From assembly GCA_965112155.1 (NCBI GenBank), contig OZ218098.1: a DNA stretch of 64,000 bases. One strand, given 5' to 3'. Source of the DNA: Podarcis liolepis. Its lineage: Eukaryota. The notes below the pieces were generated by a model. It did not search any database and was not told the origin of the DNA. It saw nothing but the letters and a program-made list of their open reading frames with translations. Positions 12,701 through 25,800 of this stretch are shown here, in pieces (the first letter of the stretch is position 1; every line of letters begins with the position of its first letter). The position numbers and the translations under genes are program-made.

Positions 12701-15700
12701 CCTTCCCATTACAGTTGCTTGGTTCCATAATGGACATAAAATCACTAGTGGGGAAAAACATCAAATCTCATTTTCAGACAATGTTTGCAGTTTGCAGATT
12801 GGTTCACTGAACTCATCTGATACAGGAACTTATGCATGTAAAGCTGCTAATGTGGCAGGCTCTGATGAAACCAAGGCTGCTTTGATTGTACAAGGTCAGT
12901 ATTCAATAAGTGGCTAACACTTTGCAGAAATCTTCCATAATCTTTATTCTTGCAAAATTGCATTCTCTTGGTGCTGTGATTTGAGGAAATTTTTATTTTC
13001 ACTTTATGATTCCTTCATTATCGACTGATCTGTTGTTACTTTCGATGCTTCTTTAGAACCACCCTCTTTTGAGAAGGTACCTGAATCTGTGGATATTTTA
13101 CCAGGCAAAAGTGTTACATTTTCTGCTGTTATTAGAGGAACACCACCATTTAAGGTGAGGTGGTTTAGAGGCGTCAATGAACTCGTACCAAGTGATAAAT
13201 GTAACATCTACTTGGAAGATTCAGTCACAGACCTGGAGCTGTTTGATGTAGAGCCACAACAGAGTGGAGAGTATACTTGTGTTGTGACTAATGAGGCTGG
13301 CAAAGTGTCTTGTACGGCACATCTTTCTGTAAAAGGTTGGTACAGGTTGCACTTTTTTGCTTTGGAATGTTTAGGTGTTTGTGCAGCGTTGATGCCAATA
13401 CTTGACTTCTTATTGCTCACTAGAACCGGCCGTTTTTGTGAAGAAGCTCAGCGACCATTGTGTGGAGCCAGGCAAATCCATAATTCTAGAGAGCAGGTAC
13501 ACTGGTAGCCTTCCGATTTCAGTGACATGGAAGAAGAACGGCGTAACTTTAGGCCAGTCCGAAAAGTGCAGCATCACCACCACAGAGAAGTCATGCATTC
13601 TGGAAATTCTTAACAGTACAAAGGATGATCAAGGAGAATACACATGTATGGTTGAGAATGAGGCTGGAGAAGATATCTGTGAAGCACTGGTATCCACTTT
13701 AGGTCTGTCTTTAGCGCCTTCTTAATAATATTTTTTTATTTAAAAACCTCATTGTTTCTTCATTGTAGCGTTCAGGTGTCATTATCCTAATGCTGACTCT
13801 TTGTGTCCTCAGAACCTCCTTCTTTCGTCACTCACTTGGGACCTCTTGAGGTGTCAGTTGGAGACTATACCACTTTGCAATGCCAAGTTACTGGGACCCC
13901 AGAAATTACAATATCTTGGTTCAAAGGAGATACAAAATTAAGATCTACTCCTGAGTATAAGATGTACTTCAAAGATAATGTTGCTACACTTATTTTTAAC
14001 AAAGTGGATGCCAGTGACAGTGGGGAATATATTTGCAAAGCAGAAAACAGTGTCGGAACAGCCTCTTCAAAGGCTGTCTTAGCAGTTCAAGGTGATTATT
14101 TTATCTGGGATTGGTTAAAAACTCATACTGGCAGATCTTTCACTCTTTAAAAAACGTTTTCACCTGTCCAGATGCCTGCGTAAGCCGTATGTTTATTGCA
14201 TGCTTCTTTTCTTGCAGAGCGAAAACGCCCACCTTCTTTTGCAAGGAAATTAAAGGATACAGAGCAAACCGTTGGCTTCCCCATCAAATTAGTTTGCCGT
14301 CTAAATGGGTCAGAGCCTATTAGTGTTACATGGTATAAGGATGGTGTGCCTTTAAGAGATGACTTTAATGTACAGGCCTCTTACATAGATAACGTGGCAA
14401 CTCTTCAGCTGTTGCAAACTGAGATGAGTCACACTGGGCAATATTCTTGCACAGCGACCAATCCTGTAGGAACTGCTACATCTAGTGCTAGGCTCACAGT
14501 CTCAGGTTAGTTTCATACCGACTCTCTTGTTTTCATCTGTTACGTTCAACCACTCTTCCTAACCTCTAAAAAGATTTTACAGTATTTAGCTTTGCTGCGT
14601 CCAAAAGAAATCCAATCGTTCCTCTTCATTTTCTTCCCCAGAACGCAAACAAGCTCCCTCCTTTGATATCACACCCGAGTCCAAAGATCTTCCCGTTGGA
14701 GAAAGTGCTGACTTTGAGTGTCATGTTACTGGAGCCCAACCTATACATGTAACGTGGGCTAAAGATGGCCGCGAGATCCGTACAGGAGGAAACTATGCCA
14801 TTACCTTTGTAGCAAATACAGCCCATTTGAGAATTCTGAGAGTAGGCAAAGGAGACAGTGGACAGTATACTTGCCAAGCTAGCAATGATGTTGGGAAAGA
14901 CTTTTGCTCGGCTCAGCTTAATGTGAAAGGTATTTGAATTTAAGTTGGCTGATCTTTTATGCAGAAAAGGGATTTTCTTGGGATTTCTTTTCCACAGAAT
15001 TCTTTGTTTCTAACTGTTAGAAGTTAAAAAGAAAAAGGCAGACCTCTTTCAAATTAACAAAAATTCATAGGAAGCTATCTGTGAGTATTTAAGTTCTGAA
15101 CTATTTTCTTCTCCTTACTGTGTCTTGAAACCCCAGTAGAGCAAAAGAATAATGTTTTGTGCTCATAGAAATGTGATGGATTCTTATGACAAATTACACG
15201 CGCCGGTTGGGATTTACAGATGCCCACGTTAAATGTAGCTTTTATAGCATTCTTTGATTTTTGCTGTTGTAAAAGTCGAGGTGGATTTGATTCATTTACA
15301 GTTTATGTATAATGTACATTCTAAAAAATAGTTGCGTGGGAATATATACATAGATAGCTTGATCCATTAGCAGGGATTTACCAAGAGTTTTGCACACCTC
15401 TCCAGTAGATGTTGACAAGTTGAAAGGGGAGTGGGGAAATAGCAATTGGCCTCTGCACTCGTGCACCTGTCAGGGATGTCATCTTAGCATCCCACCCCCA
15501 GGCTGAAATTTTGAGAGGGCTTTGAGTGCCAGTCAACAAACAGATGAGATGGAAGCAGATGGAACGCTTGGGCACAGATAGGCTCCTTCCTCCCCTCCTC
15601 CAGATTATTGTACCTGGGAGAGGCTTATCTCATAAGTATTGCTTCTCAAAATATCCATCTGTTTTGGGGAGCACAGGTGCAGGAGAAGAGTTCTCCTATG

Positions 15701-16862
15701 TTGAGTCTGGGTGCTAATTTCCCGCCAATCTCCCTTCTTTGTAGTGGACTGGCATTAAGGGAGGCATGAGGAAACAAAGGCTGTATTTTGCTGTGTTTGC
15801 TGTTCAGTGAATCAGTGCCATGGCTTATTTCAGCAGAAATGTCAGAATTTTTGCAGTTGTTGTTTATTTTTTATGGAGGTTTCTCATACAATTACTAATT
15901 TTTGTTGGTATCCTCCTTGATAATACCATATTATGATTTCCACTGCAAAATTTTTTTGGCGTGTTCTTAATTGTTCTTATTCCTCTCCATACTGAATGCT
16001 ACTTTCCTTCCGGCTTCTCAGAACCTCCTAAATTTGTGAAGAAACTGGAACCATCAAGAATGCTGAAACAGGGCGATTCATGTCAACTTGAATGCAAGAT
16101 CAGTGGTTCCCCAGAAATCAGAGTTGTGTGGTACAAGAATGACCATGAAATCCATGCTAGCGACAAGCACCGTATGGCATTCAGTGATGGCACAGCAGTG
16201 CTGATCATTGTTGATGCTACCCATGAGGACAGTGGAGATTACATTTGTGAAGCTCTTAATTCTGCTGGCACCGCAAGCTGCAGTGCAACGGTCACAGTGA
16301 AAGGTTAGAAGCCAATGTCTACTCTGACTTCCTCCACTCTACCCAACCCTTAGGAGCACTGGAAGGTGTTTTGTTTTTCCCCCATACGGAGTCAGACCAT
16401 TGGCCCATCTACCTCAGTGTTATCTTCACTGACTGACAGTGGCTCTCCAGGATTTCGGTCAGGACTCTCTCCCAGCCCTACCTGCAGATGCTGGGGAGTT
16501 GAACCTGAGGTCCTCTTCATTCAGAGCAGATGCTCTACCAGTGAGCTGCAGGCATTCCCCTACTTTACCCTTAAATGGTTGGATGATAATGCTATAATGC
16601 TGGGGACGCATAGTCAAAAGTACTGACAAAGGACTGAGATGTCTGAAATCCAAAGACTCCTCGACTGTAGTGAAAATGGTGGCAGGGCTGATGAGGAGGT
16701 CAGGCACACTATGCAAATAGATATAGTAAAGCAGTCTTGAAAATTTTAAGAGCGGGAGAAGCAGTCTTAGAGGATCAGTGGCCCCTCTAGCCTTTACCTA
16801 TCACTGGCCTGTGTCAGAAATTACAGAACTGTGAAGTAGCACAGGACAGAAAAAGTAAAAGC

Positions 16863-16895
<33 letters not shown>

Positions 16896-19800
16896 CATCA
16901 TCATCATCATCATCATCAGTGCTTTTTTTCTGGGGGGATGCAGGGGTACACATACCCCTAAACATTTTGTAAATCTAAGTTTGGCCTCATTGAGGGGCAG
17001 TATTTCAATATGAGTAGGAAAATGAGAGCTTTTTTTTAGGAAAAAAGGCACTTGTTATTATCAATATTCCCTGCCTGTTTCCTTGACTGGACTTAAGGTG
17101 GCTTACAGATAAAAATAAGAACCACTACCAACACAGAAAAACAATCATTAAAAAACAATTAAACATTGACAGAATTAAAGCTATATACATATCTAAACAT
17201 CTGTTAAACCCATACCAATAATTTCCATAAAAACAACACAGCACCAGCCCTTTCACTAAAAGCAGTCAGTTCCCAAAATCCTGTTGGAACAAGAAAGTCT
17301 TCACCTGCTGGCTGAAAGACAAGAAGCAGGAAGCCAGCCTAGCTTCTCTAGGGAGGGAGTTCCAAAAAAAGTCTGGGAGCAGCCACCGAGAAGGCCCTCT
17401 ATTCCCTGAAAATTCAGCTTACAGGCAGTGAAAGGTTTAAAGATAACCTATGCCTCAGTTAGGATATACTCCTTGAGCATCTGATTAATAGCTAGGAAGT
17501 GGACAAGAAGAGACAACAGGTGAACGGATCAAAGAAGTGGGTGATAATGCAAGATATAAGGTTACAGGAGTAGTAGGACCAGTTTTCTCTTGTGTGTGCC
17601 AGCTACACAATCTGCCAGGTGATCGTCTGTTACTTCCTAGCAACACTCTATAGTTAGATAAGACATAAGATGTGAATTGCAGTTGCAGGCGACATTGGGG
17701 AAAGAGTTAGAGGATTTCTTCTATTTAAAAATAAAATAAAATACAGTACTTATAGGGATAAGGAGGAGGACTGTAAGAAAATAAACCTTTGGCCATGGAA
17801 GGTTTAGAGCATGTGTTTGAGGGTGTCAGTTTGAGAATAGCAGATGTGGGAGTGGAAAACGTTATGAGGAGGTACACACCCATGCTTATTAACTGCATTT
17901 ATTTGGAAAACTCAGTGCCACATGCAACAGGAATTTGTGGGGGGGGGGGGATGACAAAGTTGCCAAGCAAGACTTTGCAGCTTTAGAAATAGAAATGACC
18001 TAAAATTGACCTGCTATGCACTTGGGAGAACTAGAGAAAGAATCTTCTTAGGCACCTAAATGGGGATTTACAAGCATACCTTCTGCCTTCTGTTTCTGGA
18101 TGTCTTGCCCCTGTTAGCAAGAAACCCCTCCCAGGAGTCCCGTTACATGTCCTCGTCTCCTTTCTTTTATAGAACCTCCCGTTTTTAGCAAGAAACCCAG
18201 CCCCATAGACACACTCAAGGGCTCCGATGTCACCCTTCAGTGTGAAATAGCAGGCACACCGCCATTCGAAGTCGTCTGGTTCAAGGACAGAAAGCAAGTC
18301 AGGAGCAGCAAGAAGTTCAAAGTGACAACCAAGAACTTCAGTGCCAGCGTCCACATTCTCAACCTCGAAGCGGCAGACCTTGGGGAATATCAGTGCAAAG
18401 CCACAAATGAGGTCGGAAGCGACACTTGCTCTTGTGCTGTGAAGTTCAAAGGTTAGTAATGAGTGCGACTGCGGTGCAAAGTCTGCGGGCACGCTTTCCT
18501 TTGCCTTTCTTTTGCGGCTTCCTTGCCACCTTCCTCTTACCGTAAGGAATTCTCTTCCCTGCCAGAGCCTCCTCGGTTTGTTAAGAAGCTGAGCGAAACC
18601 TCCACCTATGCCGGGGAACCCACAGCACTGCGGGCCGTAGTAGAAGGCTCCCAACCCATTTCCGTTGTTTGGCTTAAGGACAAAGGCGAAATAATACGGG
18701 AAAGCGAAAACCTCAAGATTTCCTTTTCGGATAACATCGCAACTCTTCAGATTGCAAGTGCTGAAGCCACCAACAGCGGGAAGTACATCTGCCAGATTAA
18801 AAATGATGCTGGAATGAGAGAATGCGCAGGGCATTTACAAGTTCTAGGTTGGTACAGGCACCCACCCCCTTCTAAAGAATTGAATCTTGGCTGCCTTGGC
18901 CATTGCAGCTAATTTGCTTCTTAAGTCTTGGTTTTCTCGAAACTCAAGTTTTCTGGATTGTCTCCCTCATTCCAGAGCCGGCTGTGATTTTAGAGAAGCC
19001 CGAGCCCATGACGGTGACCTCTGGCAATGCTTTTACTCTGGAGTGCACGGTGGGTGGCACTCCAGAGCTAATTGCCAAGTGGTTTAAGGATGGAAGAGAG
19101 CTCACCAACAGCCGCAAGCACCAAATCAGCTTTTCCAACAAGGTGGCAACACTTAAAGTTCTCTCTGCAGACATGAACGACAGGGGATTGTACACTTTTG
19201 AAGTGCACAACGAAGTGGGGAAAAGCAGCTGCTCTTCCTCCGTCGACATTTCAGGTTAGCTTGGGATCTTTTTTGTTTCTCATTTGCCCTTCTCTTCTCT
19301 TCTGTCGTTTCTCCTCTTAAAAGTTGGCTCTTTGTTGCCTTTTCCTACCCAGACCACGTCGTCCCTCCTTCTTTTATAAGAAGATTGAAAGAAACCTTTG
19401 GCGTGCAGGGCTCCTCGGTTGTTTTGGAGTGCAAAGTTGCCGGCTCCCTTCCTATTTCAGTCACTTGGTTTTATGGAGGAAATGAAATTTTCCCAGGGGA
19501 CAAATACGAAACCGGCTTTTCAGATAATGTCTGTGCTTTGAAGGTGAATGCTCTGGACTCGTCTGATACAGGTCCCTACACCTGTGCTGCCCATAATGTA
19601 GCTGGTTCTGACGAATGCAGTGCCTTTTTGACAGTGCAAGGTCAGTAAAGGATAGACAAGGCATCTGTTGCAAATCTTTCCTGTGCGCGTTTATCTTGCT
19701 TTCTTGACAACCTGTTTTATACAGATGTTAGCTACCTGGCACATTTGCGTTAACTTTTTAAATGTTGTGTGTAATTCTAGAACCACCCACTTTTGCAAAG

Positions 19801-22800
19801 ACGCCAGACCCGCTGGAGGTTTTACCTGGAATGAGTGTAACGTTCAGGAGTCTGATTAGGGGAACTCCTCCATTCAAAGTGAACTGGTTTAAGGGGAGTA
19901 GAGAACTGGTGCCAGGGAAAACGTGCAACATCACCTTGGCAGATTCATCTGCGGAGCTGGAATTGTTCGAAGTGGGACCACTCCAGACTGGAGATTACAC
20001 CTGCCTTGCCACGAACGATGCTGGCAGTGCTTCTTGCACCACACATCTTTTTGTAAAAGGTTTGTCCAAAAGCTATTATTATGGCATGTACACCTGTTAA
20101 GTGTGTGTGCATGTCTGTGTGATACACACACACACACACACGTAGAGAGACACCCATATTGCAGTTCTTGGTTTAACCACTTCTTTCATATGACTTTATC
20201 TTAGAGCCTGCTGTGTTTGTGAAGAAGCTGAGCGATTTCAGCGTAGAACATGGGAAATCCATAATTCTAGAAAGCACGTTCAGCGGAACTCCTCCACTCG
20301 CAGTAACGTGGAAGAAGAACGGCTTAAACATCACACAGTCTCCAAAATGCAATATAACCACCACGGAAAAATCAGGCATTCTGGAAATTCTTAATAGTTC
20401 TACAGAAGATGAAGGAGAATATATCTGTGAAGTTGCAAATGACGCTGGGGAGGATGTATGTCATGCCCTGGTATCAATCATAGGTGTGTTGCTGTCTTAA
20501 TAGTTAGTTAACCATTCTTGTACTAATTGCCATCTTCTGATGTGCTTAGATTGACTGTGGGTATTGACTATGATTATTTCTGCTGCAGAACCACCTCATT
20601 TTGTTAAGCACTTGGATCACTTGGAGGTGACCATCGGAGAGCCTGCAACTTTACAGTGCCAAGTGGCTGGAACACCGGAAATTAAAGTGTCATGGTACAA
20701 AGGAGATACCAAACTAAGATCTACACAGGCTTATAAAATGCACTTCAAGAACAATGTGGCTTCACTCGCTTTCAGCCGGGTAGAGAATGCTGACATTGGC
20801 GAATACACCTGCAAAGCAGAAAACAGCGCTGGGTTTGCTACTTCAATGACAACAATCACCATCAAAGGTGATGGCTCTTTTTAAAATAATTGACCCTTGT
20901 CATATTACACACAGTGTTTGTGTGTAATATGCTGAAGTGTGTGACCCACTTGAATCACAGGCATGGGGACGGGGCTCTCAGCATGTCTACAAGCTGCTTG
21001 GCTGAGCTGTAAGGAGACTGAGATAGCTCTGAGTTCTTCCTGTGTCTCCGTGCAGCCTTCCTTCCTTTCCCCAAACCCTGCAAATTACTGAACTTGCATG
21101 AGTTTGAAAGGGATGACTGGATAAGGGTATGGGAGGCACACACAGACCTCCTACTCCCTGTGTGTGCCCATATAGGTGTGGGGGGCATGAGGGGTTAGGA
21201 ACAGAGAACATGGCTCTGTTTATTTTTATTGGAATTCTCCACATGTGCAGGGCATACTGGCCCAGGTATTCTTTTTAGTCTTCTTGCATGGCCAGTTATC
21301 ATACCCTGCAATTAATTTTTTTTGCAGATGTTAAACTTCCTCCTTCATTCACGAGAAAACTGAAAGACGTGCAGGAGACTCTTGGTTCTCCCATAGCCTT
21401 TGACTGCCGCATTGTTGGCTCTGAGCCGCTTGAAGTGTCTTGGTCGAAGGATGGGGTGCAGCTGAGAGATGACGACAACATTCAAACCACCTTCTTAAGC
21501 AATATAGCGACGCTTCAGATCTTGCAAACCTCCATGGCTCACGCTGGCCAGTACACTTGCACAGCTCACAATGCTCTTGGGACTGCTTCTTCCAGTGCCA
21601 AGCTCCTACTCACAGGTTTGTGAACAACTAAGTCTGAAGTTGTTGCATGCTGGTTCAGTTTTAAAGAACGTGAACAAGTCACAGGGCCGTAACAACAGAC
21701 TAAGAGTTTGCTGTTTGAAGGGAAGACAATACGTCCTGCCATGCCTTTTCACTTTTTGATTTTCTTTCTTTTCCTTAGAACACCTGAAACCACCATTCTT
21801 TGATGTGAAGCCTTTGCCCCTTGACGTTGCTCTTGGGGAAAGCGGTTCTTTCAAGTGTCATGTCACAGGTTCAGTGCCAATGAAAGTCAGCTGGGCAAAA
21901 GATAACCGTGAGATCCGCCCTGGTGGCAATTACAAGATTACACTGGTAGAAAACACTGCCACACTGACCATTCTTAAAGTAGGCAAAGGTGATGGTGGAC
22001 TGTATACTTGTTATGCAAGCAACAGTGCTGGGAAGGATTCTTGTGGCGCTCAGCTGAGTTTCAAAGGTAATTTGATGGAAAGTGCTGTCATTTCTTCTTC
22101 TTCTTCTTCTTCTTCTTCTTCTTCTTCTTCTTCTTCTTCTCCCCCCCCCCCCATTTTGTAAAAATAAAGACATGTTTGAATCTTCCAGCTAAAATGGGCA
22201 CAAGTGGGTGGCATTCTGTATCTAGAGTAGCAGCTGATAAAAATCTTCTTGAAGTTATTTTCTTGAGCATATTAATACCACACCGGGGTTTTCGTTTATT
22301 GCTTACAAGCCTGTTTAAAATTAGCAGCCTGTGGAAATTTATTAGGCCGTTAACAGGCTGAACATAGACTCTCCTTTTAATATGTGACACTTGAGTTGTG
22401 GTATCATGTTTTCCACTGAAGTGCGATTAAGTTGGGAAATCTGTGGTCCAGAATAAGAAAAAAGACTTGGTGTTTATTTGTGCAATAAGAAAATACAGTG
22501 TTGTATCCAGTCTTCTCTCTCCATTGATAGAAGGCTCTTGGGTCCACTGGAGGCTTCCATCAGTGGAACAGGGAGGGAGGTGACGTCAAGCAATTCTCCC
22601 TCCCCGCAGTCCACAACCTCTCATACCACCTTTCACTATGTTTCAAAGGATCCCCCAACCCTCTGGAACACTTTTGATGGGTGCCTGGGGCTGCTGATGG
22701 GAGGGGAAATTGCAAACATTTCCTTCTCATTCTTCCAATGGAATCTTCCACTCAATCAGTCCAGTGGAGGGACACCACTGGACTGCAACGCATGCAGCCA

Positions 22801-25800
22801 TTATTTAAATGGGCAAGAGTGTTATGAGCTTCCATAACTTTAACTGGACATAGACAAGCTTTAGGGAAAACTTCAGGCCAGATCTGAAATCTTATTACAT
22901 AGAGAAATCAGCCTTCAGATATTGCACGTTTAGAAGGAATCTGAGTGGCTATTGATGTAAACAGGCCTGCTGAGTTGTTTCTATCAAGGCCCTTGGCATT
23001 GTATGAATAGCAGAGATTCAATACATGGAGCTTTCCCCAGCATGATAATGCAACAATAGGGGAAGCTTTACCTGCTGAATATCCTTCTAATGCACAGTTG
23101 TCAAAGGCACAAAATCACTGCTCCCCTGCCTAATATCAGAATACTAGGCTAGATTCAGAAGCAAGCCAAGCCCCATTCCACAGAGAATGCATTTGGAAGG
23201 CACGTTCAGCCAGGTCCACTGCATTTCCCTAGCCTGGTACAGTGCAGTAGTGATGGTAGATGTCAATTCCTGGCTGTCTCCATGCATTCTAGGAGGAACG
23301 CAAGGATGGAAGAGGAGCAAAATGTTGCTGGGGTAGTGAGCAATATTGACAGCCTCCTTCTTAAAGTTGGAAGGGAGGCTCAAGCAAATAGATCACAGTG
23401 TGGGTTACTAACTCTGGATAAAGTATTTGCAACGGTATGTGCACAAGAGTTCCGCTGGATCAGATCAAAAGGTTCTCTAGTCCAGCATCGTCTTTCCCAC
23501 AGTGGCCAATCAGATGTCTCTGGGAATTCCATAAACAGGAGATGAGGGCAATAGCTCCCTCCCACTGTTTCCCTCCAGCCATTTCTATTTGGAGGCTTGC
23601 TGGAGGTAGCCTACAGCCATCATGACTTCCATCCATTGAGGGCCTAATCCTCTGTGGTTATATTTATCAGTTGTATTTCTCCTTTTTTGTCTTAGTGTAG
23701 TGTTGCATATAATGGAGATAATTTAAATTTTACAAGGAGGGGCTGATAGAATCCCCTGTGCTTCCATGTGTGCTTCTCCAGTCTTTTTTTTCATACCACC
23801 ACCATGAAATATACTTCTGAGGCAGTTGTGGTTTGAACTGTTCTTGAGTGCTCTATGGCTTGACTTGTAAGGGATCAGTTTGCTGCTGTAGATTGACCGA
23901 AAACTCTTTGCCAGTACACTTTGATAGCTAATATAGATGACACACATTCCTGAGATCTTGCAAAATTAACACAAGCAATTTTATGTATTCATTTTCTTTC
24001 CTTGTTGTTGTTTTTTAATAGAGCCACCGAGGTTTATTAAGAAGTTAGACTCCTCCAGGGTTGTGAAAGAGCACGATTCGACTAGATTTGAATGCAGAAT
24101 AGGTGGCTCTCCAGAAATTAACATTGTGTGGTACAAGGGTGAAACTCAAATTCATCCCAGTGACAAATTCAGCATGTCATTCATCGATTCTGTGGCAGTC
24201 ATTGAAATGCACGGACTGAGTGTTGAAGACAGTGGAGACTACACTTGCGAAGCCCAAAACGCAGCGGGTAGTGCGAACAGCAGTACTTCACTGAAAGTGA
24301 AAGGTCAGAACCTGCTCTTCCTTTGCTTTCTCTACCCTTCCTGTTGTAGAAGGTTGCAAGGGCTTGCCGTCTCCTACTAAGCAAGCCGATATCAGTTTCC
24401 ATTAAATGCCACTAGTAGGCCCCTTTATTTGGAATGGGAAATTTCCTTTGCACGTCTCTTCTCTCCCATTTCATTGCAATCCTTCATTCTTCATGGTGTG
24501 CTCTCTGTTCTTTCAAACGTAGCTCCTTTGCATTTAACAGAAATCCAAACCTCCTCTTTTGTAGCTCCTCCTGTTTTCCGCAAGAAACCGCGGCCAGTAG
24601 AGACTCTGAAAGGTTTCGATGTTCACCTTGAATGTGAGCTTCAGGGCACTCCTCCCTTCCATGTTTCATGGTACAAAGATAAAAGAGAAATAAGAAGCAG
24701 CAAAAAGTACAAGATCTTGTCTGAGAATTACCTTGCTAGCATTCACATTCTCAACGTTGATGCGGCAGACATTGGTGAATATCACTGTAAAGCTGTCAAT
24801 GATGTGGGAAGTGACACTTGCATCTGCTCTGTGATGCTGAAAGGTTGGTAAAAGACTTTCCATTGCCATGTTTTCCCCGGCCACTCCAGGTTTTTAAAAT
24901 CTTACTCTCTTTTCCATTACTTACATATTTTCCACCTCTTGATCAGGACCCCCAAGGTTTGTGAAGAAACTTAATGATACCACCGCTGTTGTTGGGGATC
25001 CAGCAGAACTGCAAGCTACGGTAGAAGGTTCTGAGCCGATTTCTGTTGTTTGGATGAAAGACAAAGGTGAAATCATCAGAGAAAGTGAAAATGTCTGGAT
25101 GTCATATTCCGATAAAGTTGCCATCCTTCAGGTTGTAAATGCAGAACCAAGCAACACTGGGAAATATACCTGCCAAATTAAAAACGATGCCGGAAGTCAG
25201 GAGTGTTTTGCTACTTTATCAGTTCTAGGTTGGTATAGAGTAAAAACAACAACAACAACACAAAAGCATACTGAAGAATAAATATTTTAACGTATTAACA
25301 TCTTATTTACAAATGTGACTCGTTTTGCATCTTATTCCAGAGCCAGCATCTATAGTGGAGAAACCAGGACCAATGAAAGTCACAACTGGAGATTCTTGTA
25401 CATTGGAGTGTACGGTAGCTGGGACACCAGAGCTGACTGCTCGGTGGTTCAAGAACGGACACGAGCTCTCTTCCGACCACAAATACAAAATCACTTTCTT
25501 CAACAAAGTAGCTGGGCTTAAGATTCTGAATACAGGAGTAGAGGACAGTGGAGAATATACGTTTGAGGTGAAAAACAATGTAGGCCAAAGCAGTTGCAAA
25601 GCATCAGTCCAAGTTTCAGGTTAGTTGAATGACTTGGGAATATCCCATCTGCATCTTGATATATGGACTTATCTAATTCAGTGATTTCCTATACTGCTTA
25701 ACCACTGAAATTTCCAAGTGCTGTACGATCAAACTAGACAGCGGATAAAATAAATTTAAGTGAATGATTAAAGATGGAAAGCTTCCTTAAAATGCCTACT

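Noticed and set aside
18031-18834. 267-aa minus-strand ORF, the longest in the track, and other antisense ORFs over exons
   Set aside because: Antisense shadow of titin exons 30-31; no recognisable domain or independent gene signals.
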